A stretch of 25,186 bases of DNA. Source: a virus. Of the stretch, positions 1 to 7,661 are shown in pieces; position 1 is the first letter of the stretch; every line of letters starts with the position of its first letter. The DNA lies in the UHGV virus genome UHGV-1407433. One strand, written 5' to 3'. Both the position numbers and the translations under genes were made by a program. The notes under the pieces were generated by a model that was not told where the DNA came from, did no database searches, and saw nothing but the letters and a program-made list of their open reading frames with translations.

Positions 1-530
1 GTAGAGCCGGTCACACACACCGCTGCGCCTAATTTTGCTCCCTCTCCCAAACCAAGTTTTGTGCGAGCGTCTGCGGCATTCGTTGCCCCGGTCCCGCCGT
101 CAGCGATTGCAAGCGCACCATTGCTCCCTTTCTGCGCAAGTTTACCGATGCCTGGGATGGTTACGGCGGTGCCGTTGATGGTAACTGTGATGCTTTGGTT
201 TGCTGAGGTGGTGGCGAACGTCTCCCACGCGCCAATATTCTCGTCGTACTCTTTGATGAGCTGTGACATGGCCTGCGCCAGGCCGTCGACTGAGATATTG
301 TCCGACACAAGGATTCCATACTTCTGGCCGCTCAGCGCCGGGGAAACTGCTGGCGTAACCGTCATTGACGTGGCGCTGTTCACGGATGAAATCTGAAACA
401 GCTGCACCGGGTTAGACATCACGATAATCGTCTGGCCAGCGCGGACCTGGCTGGCGGGAGCTGTCCAGTTTGTGCCGGAGCCGGTTGCGGTATTTCCGTT
501 AATAGAGATAGTTCCGGTGCTATAAATCAT
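1..530 (-). CDS. stf: Side tail fibre protein, N-terminal 176 codons (3' end runs off the window at coordinate 1)
   Basis: Not in the ORF track because the frame is still open at the window edge. ATG at 530..528 preceded by AGGAG (rev-comp of 533-537) at 6-nt spacing. Hand translation gives MIYSTGTISINGNTATGSGTNWTAPASQVRAGQTIIVMSNPVQLF...GGTGATNAADARTKLGLG, a motif typical of phage tail fibre N-terminal domains. Position downstream of J matches lambda order. Confidence 0.6.
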   Translation of the reverse strand, partial: MIYSTGTISINGNTATGSGTNWTAPASQVRAGQTIIVMSNPVQLFQISSVNSATSMTVTPAVSPALSGQKYGILVSDNISVDGLAQAMSQLIKEYDENIGAWETFATTSANQSITVTINGTAVTIPGIGKLAQKGSNGALAIADGGTGATNAADARTKLGLGEGAKLGAAVCVTGS

Positions 531-607
531 AACAACTCCTAAATTTAGACAACATGAAGCCCGGAGAGGTATATAACCCTCACCAGAAATAATTTCTGAA
601 TTGGTTT

Positions 608-910
608 TTAATACATGTTGGGCAACGCCAGTGTTGGCATAGCTATAGTTGTATCAAATGCCATTGACCACCCACCCAAATAATAATTGCCGACTACTTT
701 ATTCCTTTCTGCTCTGACATTCCCACCTGTCATTACAATTCCTTTATACCTAATATTTCCGTAACCACCAACGTGTCGACAGTTAGCCCCGGTATAAACA
801 ATCTGGCAAAATTCATCACCAATATTCAGGTTCGCATTGGCGATATTTATTGCCCCATCAAAAATGAATGGCTTCGTGCAAGTAAGAAGACGTTTGCGTT
901 GACGATTGGT
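608..910 (-). pseudogene. Start-less ORF remnant (100 open codons), Gly/Asn-rich, fibre or beta-helix-like C-terminal fragment; probably frameshifted continuation of the frame of ORF 847..1104
   Basis: Hand-translated frame open from stop at 913-911 to TAA at 610-608: TNRQRKRLLTCTKPFIFDGAINIANANLNIGDEFCQIVYTGANCRHVGGYGNIRYKGIVMTGGNVRAERNKVVGNYYLGGWSMAFDTTIAMPTLALPNMY. The only ATG/GTG/TTG start leaves 41 aa. The upstream ORF 847..1104 in another frame ends with a similar rung motif (ILVDGLNKPIVNANV vs IFDGAINIANANL). Confidence 0.35.
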
Positions 911-972
911 TTATTCAATCCATCAACTAAAATACCATGTAAACGAATTGCCATAACATTTCCTACTTTATT

Positions 973-1000
973 TGACTTACTCAACACAACAAGTATATTA
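973..1000 (+). promoter_or_regulatory. Candidate sigma70 promoter for the lipoprotein moron (-35 TTGACT 973-978; -10 TATATT 994-999, 15-bp spacer)
   Basis: Hexamers read by eye about 40 bp upstream of the SD of the 1037..1270 ORF. Spacer is short, so this is tentative. Confidence 0.25.
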
Positions 1001-1036
1001 AAATTGAACCTTGTCAACAACCTAAAAGGAGTCCCG

Positions 1037-1270
1037 ATAAAACGTTCTATTGTAATTTTGACATTAACATTTCTGTTATCTGCTTGCGGTACTGGTTTGG
1101 ACACAGGAAAGCCTAATTCCGGTGTTATTCCAAAACCTTTAGACCGTGACGGTAACGGTTCTTTAATCTATGACACTGAAAAACTGCCTTATACTGGTCA
1201 ATGGTGTCATGAACTCGATCACAATATGCGCCGCATCGGTAGCCCGTCCAACTGTGTAGCTAACTACTAA
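1037..1270 (+). CDS. Small putative lipoprotein (moron), about 77 aa, apparent non-ATG (ATA) initiation codon
   Basis: AAGGAG at 1026-1031, then 5 nt, then codon ATA at 1037-1039 in frame with KRSIVILTLTFLLSAC-GTGLDTGKPNSG... (basic n-region, hydrophobic h-region, lipobox LSAC). Opposite strand to the phage late operon, AT-rich, followed by a hairpin terminator. The ORF-track version 773..1270 starts at GTG and adds an implausible 88-aa extension. Confidence 0.4.
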   Translation: MKRSIVILTLTFLLSACGTGLDTGKPNSGVIPKPLDRDGNGSLIYDTEKLPYTGQWCHELDHNMRRIGSPSNCVANY

Positions 1271-1300
1271 AAAGAAAACCACGCGCGAAGCGGGGTTTTT
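1271..1300. terminator. Bidirectional intrinsic terminator between convergent J and the lipoprotein gene
   Basis: Imperfect GC-rich hairpin AAAACC-ACGC-GCGAA-GCG-GGGTTTT (about 1275-1299) with T-runs on both strands (plus: TTTTTGTTTATT; minus: TTTTCTTTTT), sitting between the stop at 1268-1270 (+) and the J stop at 1303-1305 (-). Confidence 0.55.
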
Positions 1301-1302
1301 GT

Positions 1303-4300
1303 TTATTCAGAGAATGAACCTGAACCGCGCGACACTATGACGGTCGGTGAGTTTATATACGCACCCATACCATTTTGAGCAGATACTCTAATTTTCACTG
1401 TAACCCACCTGCTATATACTGCTGATGAGTGCATCACAAGGCGCTCGGTGCCATCAACGGAAAGATTTTTCTCTGAACCGTTAATGTTTATTGTACACCC
1501 ACCAAAACCTTTTACGTTTGCCATAACGCAGATATGTCTGCTATGTGCTGCGTCAGATGTGTCATTGTATGTGATTGTTTTTTCGAGTACCCCATTATTT
1601 AATCTACTAACGTCAGATCCTGTGTACATGTTTGCAACATCACCGATAAACGAACTTGCTTCCACTGTTCCAGTAAATCTACCGTTGGTTGCATACACTG
1701 TACCTGTGAAAGATCCGTTGCTAGCGTATACAGTACCTCTGACAGTTACGTTGTTGAATTCAGCATCTCCAGCTTTATTCAACTTCCAGCCAGCAGAACC
1801 AGCAACATAATTGTTCGACTGGATAAAATTACCAATCTTTGCGTTGCTGATAGTGCCGTCCTGGATGAAACTGTCCCGGATGAATGTCTGCCCGTTCTGG
1901 ATCACAAACGGTAAAGCCACGCTATTTCCGGCTGCCGTGGTGACGGCGAAGCGATCAGCCAGGAAGATAACCTGCGACTGCATGCCGGATGGCGTATTCT
2001 CCACGCCGATACCCATCCCCGCGGCGTAATACTGCCCGTTGCTGGAGACACCAACCTTGATGTTGTACATCGCGATGAGGTCGCCGTTTACGTTCGCTAT
2101 AGCCTGAGCGTTGGTGGTGATGGCTGAGGTATGCCCGTTCACCGTAGCCGTAATGCCGTTTATCTGCGTGGCCGTTGCCTGCTGATAGTCGGAGAACGTC
2201 TGATTCAGGCTGTTTATGGATGCCTTGTTGCCGTTGACATCCGTCTGCAGGCTCAGCAGAGAGCGCGCCGTTGCCTCCTTCTCGTTAACGATTACCTCAT
2301 CAATACGATCCAGCTGCGCACTGTTACCGGCGACCGTCGCGGAAAGCCTTTTGCGTGTGGCCACCTGCGCCAGCCCGTTCTGGATAATGGCAATGGCTGA
2401 GTTCTTGACCCCGCCCGTCATGCCGTCCATAGACACGCTGATGCTGTCGATTCGCTGGCCCAGCGCGGTATCAGCCGTTGCGACGGTCTGCTCAAGATCT
2501 GATAGAGAGGAAGATACATCACCGACCGTGCTCGAAAGCTCATTAACACTGGTCTGAACCTGCCCAATGTCCTGCGCGTTTTTTGCGATTTCCTGCGCCT
2601 GGAGCTCAAGTTCATCGTTGGCCTGTTTGATGTCGTCAGCCATGCCAGCAATTTTTTCATTGCTGTCCACCGCGTTCTCGATCAGGTCTTTGAACGTATC
2701 GGAGTCTTTAATTTCCTCCAGAATCACATCTGTGATATCGGAAACATCGATGCTGGCCTGTCCTCGCACCCATTCTGTGTACCCTGATTCGTTGCCGCTG
2801 CGGTCCACCAGCTGCGCGCGGTACCAGAAAATCTGCCCAGCCTTAAGGCCCATCTGCTGATATTTGCGCTGCGGGTAAGGCACATCGGCCAGCAGCATGG
2901 CATCGTCTTCAGTACCGGTCAGGCTGTACTGAATTTCCGTCTTCAGCGTGTCGTCGGTATTCGCCTGGAATCCCCAGTTCAGCTCGATACCGAACACCAC
3001 GTTTTCAGAGGCGATAAAGCCAACCGGCTTCGGTGGATTGCCCACTTTACCCGTCAGCGTTTTCTCTTCTGAATAGCCCCATCCGGATGAAATTTCTGCG
3101 GCATTGATTGCGCGCACCCGCACCAGGTAGCGCCCGGCATAAATCCCCGGGACGTCGAATGACGTGGTGGAGGTGCGCGGCACGTTAACCCAGTTCCCGT
3201 CGTTGCGGCGCCATTGCGCTTCATAGGCGATAGCGTTCTGCGCCTGGTCCCAGCTCACGCGCATTGTTTCGACGCTGATATTTTGCTGAACCACGGAAAA
3301 CGAGCTGATCACGATATTCGCAGGCGGCGACTGGTTGCCCGGCGGGATCACGCTCACCGGCCGTTGGTCAATGATGGCTCCGGTATCGATACGGGCATAT
3401 TTATCCGGGTCGTGCCATGCGCCGGTAATCGAGAAAGTGCCATCATTGTTATCGGAAACGCTGACAACACGATACTGCTGCGCGTAAAGCTCGTCAGATT
3501 CAACCACCCAAACAGCTTCGGCCTGTGGCGTCTCACTGTATGCCGTGGTGACTGTGACTGATTCCCCGTTCACGGCCTGAATGGTCCTGCTCTGCGACGC
3601 TCCGGAAGGCAGGTTGAGAATAAGGCGATCACCTGGTGCTGCATCAGCTACGCGGTCAAGTTTGATAACGCGACCGTTAACGGCGCTGATGCGGCCGCCC
3701 ATAACCTTTCCGGAAAGCAGCTCGTCTGCCACGGCGATGATGTAGCCCGGCTGCGGAATGTTTCCGTCCAGCCCGACATCAAACGAAACAACGCGATCCT
3801 TGTTATTGGTGAGAATACCCCAGCGCCCCTTTCGGTTCGCCTCTGACTGCCTGGTGCAGCCGATGGCTGTCATTTCCAGCTGATTGAAGCCGTACCGCGC
3901 CACCAGCGCCTGCTCAAATACCGGCTCCATCGCGTCGGCATAAGCGTTACCCGGGTCTGACCATGAAACCAGCGCTGTGGTGTAGCGGCTTTTGGTGGTG
4001 CTGCCCGAATAGGTAAAGCGCCCATTAACCACGTTTGCACGCGTGTAGCTGTAATCCACATCGCGGGGCATATCCGCCAGCGCAACGATTTGATCGCCAC
4101 CCCAGTACGTCATGCCCCGGAATATCGCCGCAAAATCACGTAACACGGTATAGGCGTCATTCCTCTCCTGCACGTACACGTTACAGGTATAGCGAGGCTC
4201 AGTGCCGCTACCGCCTTTACCATCAGGAACCGGCTGATCGCAATATTGCGCGACCTGATAAAGCGTCCATTTATCAATATTGGCCGCCGTCAGGCGATTG

Positions 4301-5193
4301 CCCAGCCCAAAGCGGTCGCTCACCACCAGATCGTAAAAAATCCAGGCTGGATTATCCGTCCACGCCCACTTAAACGCCCCTGTCCATGTGCCGCTGTAGG
4401 TGCGGGTCTCCGGGTCATACGTATCCGGAACGCGGATTACACGCCCTCGCGGTTCGCAGGATATTTGCGGGATAGAGCCGTTAAACTGGCTTGAGTCGAA
4501 TTCGATGTACAGCAGCGCGGTATTTGGATAACGCAGTTTGGCGTCAATAACCTCTGTGTAGCTCTGCAGCGTCATCGTGTCGCCAATTTTCGCGCTGTTG
4601 GCATCCGCCGTAAGCTTACGCAGGCGCACCGTCCATGTACTGCCTGCCTGTGGTAAATCGATACGATGGCTGCGTTCGTAGCCGGAAGTTGTCTTGCCGG
4701 TTACGCTGGTATTAAGTACCGTCTGCCAGGTGCCGCCATCGGTCTGCAGATCAATAGCGTAGTTAATTGAATAGCCAACCAGATCGCCATCATCCTCCTG
4801 TTTAAAAAGCGATGGCCACTTGAGGCGCAGGCGAACGGCTGACAGTTGCGTGTTGGTAAAGGTATGTGTCCAGCCGGTGGTGCTTGACACTTCGGTGCCC
4901 ACGCTGATTTCATTTTCTGTGCCGGGGATACCCTGAATATATTTTTGTGCCTGAGTCCCCGGACGAAATTCCCACGCCACGCCACTGAAGTTTTGCGATC
5001 CGTCTGCATTCTCCAGTGGCGTGCCATCGAGATAGATATCCTTCGCCGTCAACTGCCCTGCAAATTCGCCCTCTCCCAGTGCAACAAGAATTTTGGCTTT
5101 CGCTACGGACTGGAGATCGTCTGGTTGTTCAGTCGGGGTGCGTGAACTGGAGCTGCCGCCCTTGCGGCCTCTAATCGGAGTAGATGTAGCCAT
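1303..5193 (-). CDS. J: Tail tip / host specificity protein J (central tail fibre), 1296 aa
   Basis: ATG at 5193..5191. Long protein at the lambda J position downstream of I. Conserved J-family core (e.g. ...NPAWIFYDLVVSDRFGLG..., ...GTEPRYTCNVYVQERNDAYTVLRDF...) with a divergent C-terminal receptor-binding region. Confidence 0.93.
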   Translation of the reverse strand: MATSTPIRGRKGGSSSSRTPTEQPDDLQSVAKAKILVALGEGEFAGQLTAKDIYLDGTPLENADGSQNFSGVAWEFRPGTQAQKYIQGIPGTENEISVGTEVSSTTGWTHTFTNTQLSAVRLRLKWPSLFKQEDDGDLVGYSINYAIDLQTDGGTWQTVLNTSVTGKTTSGYERSHRIDLPQAGSTWTVRLRKLTADANSAKIGDTMTLQSYTEVIDAKLRYPNTALLYIEFDSSQFNGSIPQISCEPRGRVIRVPDTYDPETRTYSGTWTGAFKWAWTDNPAWIFYDLVVSDRFGLGNRLTAANIDKWTLYQVAQYCDQPVPDGKGGSGTEPRYTCNVYVQERNDAYTVLRDFAAIFRGMTYWGGDQIVALADMPRDVDYSYTRANVVNGRFTYSGSTTKSRYTTALVSWSDPGNAYADAMEPVFEQALVARYGFNQLEMTAIGCTRQSEANRKGRWGILTNNKDRVVSFDVGLDGNIPQPGYIIAVADELLSGKVMGGRISAVNGRVIKLDRVADAAPGDRLILNLPSGASQSRTIQAVNGESVTVTTAYSETPQAEAVWVVESDELYAQQYRVVSVSDNNDGTFSITGAWHDPDKYARIDTGAIIDQRPVSVIPPGNQSPPANIVISSFSVVQQNISVETMRVSWDQAQNAIAYEAQWRRNDGNWVNVPRTSTTSFDVPGIYAGRYLVRVRAINAAEISSGWGYSEEKTLTGKVGNPPKPVGFIASENVVFGIELNWGFQANTDDTLKTEIQYSLTGTEDDAMLLADVPYPQRKYQQMGLKAGQIFWYRAQLVDRSGNESGYTEWVRGQASIDVSDITDVILEEIKDSDTFKDLIENAVDSNEKIAGMADDIKQANDELELQAQEIAKNAQDIGQVQTSVNELSSTVGDVSSSLSDLEQTVATADTALGQRIDSISVSMDGMTGGVKNSAIAIIQNGLAQVATRKRLSATVAGNSAQLDRIDEVIVNEKEATARSLLSLQTDVNGNKASINSLNQTFSDYQQATATQINGITATVNGHTSAITTNAQAIANVNGDLIAMYNIKVGVSSNGQYYAAGMGIGVENTPSGMQSQVIFLADRFAVTTAAGNSVALPFVIQNGQTFIRDSFIQDGTISNAKIGNFIQSNNYVAGSAGWKLNKAGDAEFNNVTVRGTVYASNGSFTGTVYATNGRFTGTVEASSFIGDVANMYTGSDVSRLNNGVLEKTITYNDTSDAAHSRHICVMANVKGFGGCTININGSEKNLSVDGTERLVMHSSAVYSRWVTVKIRVSAQNGMGAYINSPTVIVSRGSGSFSE

Positions 5194-5202
5194 ATTGCGC
5201 CC

Positions 5203-5228
5203 ATAAAAAAGGCCACCCTGAGGTGGCC
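5203..5228 (-). terminator. Intrinsic-terminator-like hairpin between I and J
   Basis: Perfect 7-bp stem GGCCACC / GGTGGCC with 4-nt loop (5211-5228); on the minus strand it is followed by TTTTTT (complement of A-run 5205-5210). Lies 20 nt upstream of the J start codon. Confidence 0.5.
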
Positions 5229-5245
5229 TGAAAGGAGGTTTTTAT

Positions 5246-5836
5246 TTATTGCTGGTCTTCGACATAAATCCCGGCAGAAATAATCGCACCGCCGATTTGC
5301 CGACGACCATAAAGAAGCGGTACCGGATAGCCCTGCGCGGCGGTGTTGGTGACTCCACCGAACGCGTATGAGGCGCGGTTATCTGAACTCTGTTTGCTGG
5401 CCAGCCCCGCTGGTTGAGGGGAAAGCATCTGAACAACCCCGCCAATCATCATTGCGGCACCGAATTTGTATAAGAATGGTGATGCCGCAGCCCAGGGTGT
5501 GAAATTAAGCACCGCCCCAACGGCAACCAGAACTGCACCAAGTATTGTCTGGAGTAATCCGGCCTTTTTGCTCCCGATAATCACCGGGACAATGCGAATG
5601 ACATCGCCGGTGACCGGGTAACCCAGGTCATCAACACCAATATTCTTTTTCCCTTTGAATACTGAATAAGTGAGACCACGGCGTTGGCTGGAAATCATAA
5701 ACTGCTCAAAGCCCGGTATAGTCTTTGCCAGCGCAACACTCGCTTCGTTCACGCGGGAAATCAGGCGATGGTGAACTTTACCGAATGTTTTCCCGAGCAC
5801 GCCGCCAAGCTCAATGCGGGTCATTACTTCCTGCAT
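5246..5836 (-). CDS. I: Tail assembly protein I
   Basis: ATG at 5836..5834 with AGGTGA SD. 196 aa with a hydrophobic Gly/Ala-rich C-terminal half typical of lambda gpI family. Position between K and J. Confidence 0.85.
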   Translation of the reverse strand: MQEVMTRIELGGVLGKTFGKVHHRLISRVNEASVALAKTIPGFEQFMISSQRRGLTYSVFKGKKNIGVDDLGYPVTGDVIRIVPVIIGSKKAGLLQTILGAVLVAVGAVLNFTPWAAASPFLYKFGAAMMIGGVVQMLSPQPAGLASKQSSDNRASYAFGGVTNTAAQGYPVPLLYGRRQIGGAIISAGIYVEDQQ

Positions 5837-6555
5837 GTTTCACCTGCCATTACATCTTTATAGCGAACGATCTTCATTGTGCGCTCCTGCCAGTATCCGC
5901 CATAAGGAACACGTTGACTCAGATGCCCGTAAAGATGGTGCAGCAGCATGTTACCCTCCAGTAAAATCCCGGCATGATTCCACTTATCGGCCTGCACCTG
6001 CATGATGACGAGGTCCCCTTCCTGAGGCGGACCATCAAACTCCCTGAATCCGCACTCGTACCAGCACTCCTGATAGAAATTGTCCGGGTAGTCGTTTTCC
6101 CACCAGGGATAATCCACCCGGTAATCGTGGAGCTCGATACAGTGGGTCTGCCGGAAATAGCTCATTACCAGACCCCAGCAATCGAAGTGGCCAAGCACGA
6201 ACGGACGCTCCAGCAATGGCAGCTCCCCGCGTGGCTGAATGGTACGTAAATCCCCCTCTGGCCAGCTCACAATATGCCAGGGCAGCAGCGTTGCATCACA
6301 CTGCGCCTTATCCAGCTCGCTGGCCTGCGTCGTCGCATCAGGATGGCTGTGAACAATGGCCACCACCGTCCCCCAGTCTTCTGCCGCTGCGTAATCTTCG
6401 GGGGACAGGTGAAAATGTTCAGTCGGCTCTGCTGCGAGATTACGACAGGGAAAATAGCGCTCAACCCGGCTTTTCTGTGCCACCACGCCGCAGCACTCTC
6501 GCGGATATTCCGCTGCAGCGTGTGCCATGATGGCATCAATGGTTTTCTGGCGCAT
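5824..6555 (-). CDS. K: Tail assembly protein K (JAB/MPN metalloprotease-like plus NlpC/P60-like domains)
   Basis: ATG at 6555..6553 with AGGAG 6 nt upstream, 1 nt after the L stop (the ORF track starts earlier at TTG). Motifs ...ECCGVV... and ...HSHP... fit a JAB/MPN fold. Position between L and I. Confidence 0.85.
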   Translation of the reverse strand: MRQKTIDAIMAHAAAEYPRECCGVVAQKSRVERYFPCRNLAAEPTEHFHLSPEDYAAAEDWGTVVAIVHSHPDATTQASELDKAQCDATLLPWHIVSWPEGDLRTIQPRGELPLLERPFVLGHFDCWGLVMSYFRQTHCIELHDYRVDYPWWENDYPDNFYQECWYECGFREFDGPPQEGDLVIMQVQADKWNHAGILLEGNMLLHHLYGHLSQRVPYGGYWQERTMKIVRYKDVMAGETCRK

Positions 6556-6556
6556 A

Positions 6557-7312
6557 TCAGCTCCTGATAAGAGATGTACCGGGGAAACCGCCAAACGGCA
6601 GCTCGTTGCTGTCTCCGTGCCGGAGCTTGCAGGCCGTCAGCGTGCCGTTGCAGACATCCAGCGATGGATCGTCAACCGGATTATTGTTTTTGTCGAAATA
6701 GCGCGTTCCGGCATAGTCGCAGCCGTCGCCGGTCCGGTACTTGTTCCGGATGCACCAGCTGCATAACGAATGCAGCTGCCGCGTGGGTATCATCTGGCCC
6801 TGTAAATCCATCGGACTGGAAAGCGTAAATTCAACAGATTCATCCGTCTCGGTGCTTCTGGCATCGATATAAAAGACCTTCAGCTTTTCCTGTGACGGGT
6901 CTGCAGTGGGATTGCCCTGCGGAAAATTTCTGGCGTCCAGATACTGTGCCAGCGTGTCGTGGATACTCACTTTCGCCTGCAGCAGATCGTCATACGCCAG
7001 ACAGAGCGCTGAGATCGAGCTGTCCAGGTTCGCCACACTCAGTTTTGGCTGTGGACTGGTACCGTCCGTAGTCGCTTCAATACCCTCAACCTGACACGGC
7101 CAGGCTTTATACTCCTCCCCCTGCCACCAGATGGACTTCGCCGGAAGTTTATTCTCATCCCCGCCTGCAGCCTCAATCTCTTCCGGGGTATGCGCGATAT
7201 TATGTGCGTGGAAGCGGAGTACATCTGACATACCGAACGCTGTGCCATCGACAGAAAAAAGCCGGACTTCATTGCCCGGCTCGAGTTTTTGATAATCAGC
7301 ATTAAGACTCAT
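6557..7312 (-). CDS. L: Minor tail protein L
   Basis: ATG at 7312..7310. 251 aa with a C-terminal Cys cluster (CSWC...C...C) as in lambda gpL. ATGA overlap with M. Confidence 0.9.
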   Translation of the reverse strand: MSLNADYQKLEPGNEVRLFSVDGTAFGMSDVLRFHAHNIAHTPEEIEAAGGDENKLPAKSIWWQGEEYKAWPCQVEGIEATTDGTSPQPKLSVANLDSSISALCLAYDDLLQAKVSIHDTLAQYLDARNFPQGNPTADPSQEKLKVFYIDARSTETDESVEFTLSSPMDLQGQMIPTRQLHSLCSWCIRNKYRTGDGCDYAGTRYFDKNNNPVDDPSLDVCNGTLTACKLRHGDSNELPFGGFPGTSLIRS

Positions 7313-7656
7313 GGTGCAAATGCCTGTTCAAACGTTGCGGTTACGGTTATCACTTTTACGTTTTTAACCACCTTTTTGAGCGTGTCAGCCTCGACACGCC
7401 ACAGCGCGGTATCGCCGAAAGGCGGTGTGAAAATAAACGACTTCACTTTATGCCGCCGAAGGAAAGCGTGAATTTCATTCGCTGTAGTCGGATCCCCTGA
7501 AAAGGAATATTCATAGGTACGAATCTCATCATTCAGGCCGGAGCCGCTCACCTGTGCGTACCCGTCGCCGAACTGGACCTTCCTGACTGTGTCTTTGCTT
7601 CCCTCGGTGGGCTGGCTGGAAACCTTAATGCCCCAGGGGAATGTTTCTATCGTCAT
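7309..7656 (-). CDS. M: Minor tail protein M
   Basis: ATG at 7656..7654. 115 aa, located between H and L as in lambda. Confidence 0.88.
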   Translation of the reverse strand: MTIETFPWGIKVSSQPTEGSKDTVRKVQFGDGYAQVSGSGLNDEIRTYEYSFSGDPTTANEIHAFLRRHKVKSFIFTPPFGDTALWRVEADTLKKVVKNVKVITVTATFEQAFAP

Positions 7657-7661
7657 AACTG

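Noticed and set aside
61-396. Plus-strand ORF of 111 aa
   Set aside because: Lies wholly antisense to the side tail fibre coding sequence (minus strand, ATG at 530 with strong SD). Pro/Ala-rich composition is typical of antisense frames of GC-rich genes; no SD.
773-1036. 88-codon N-terminal extension of the lipoprotein ORF (GTG start at 773 in the ORF track)
   Set aside because: The extension looks like low-complexity antisense sequence, whereas a consensus SD and a complete signal peptide begin at 1037. The longest-ORF call is most likely an artefact.
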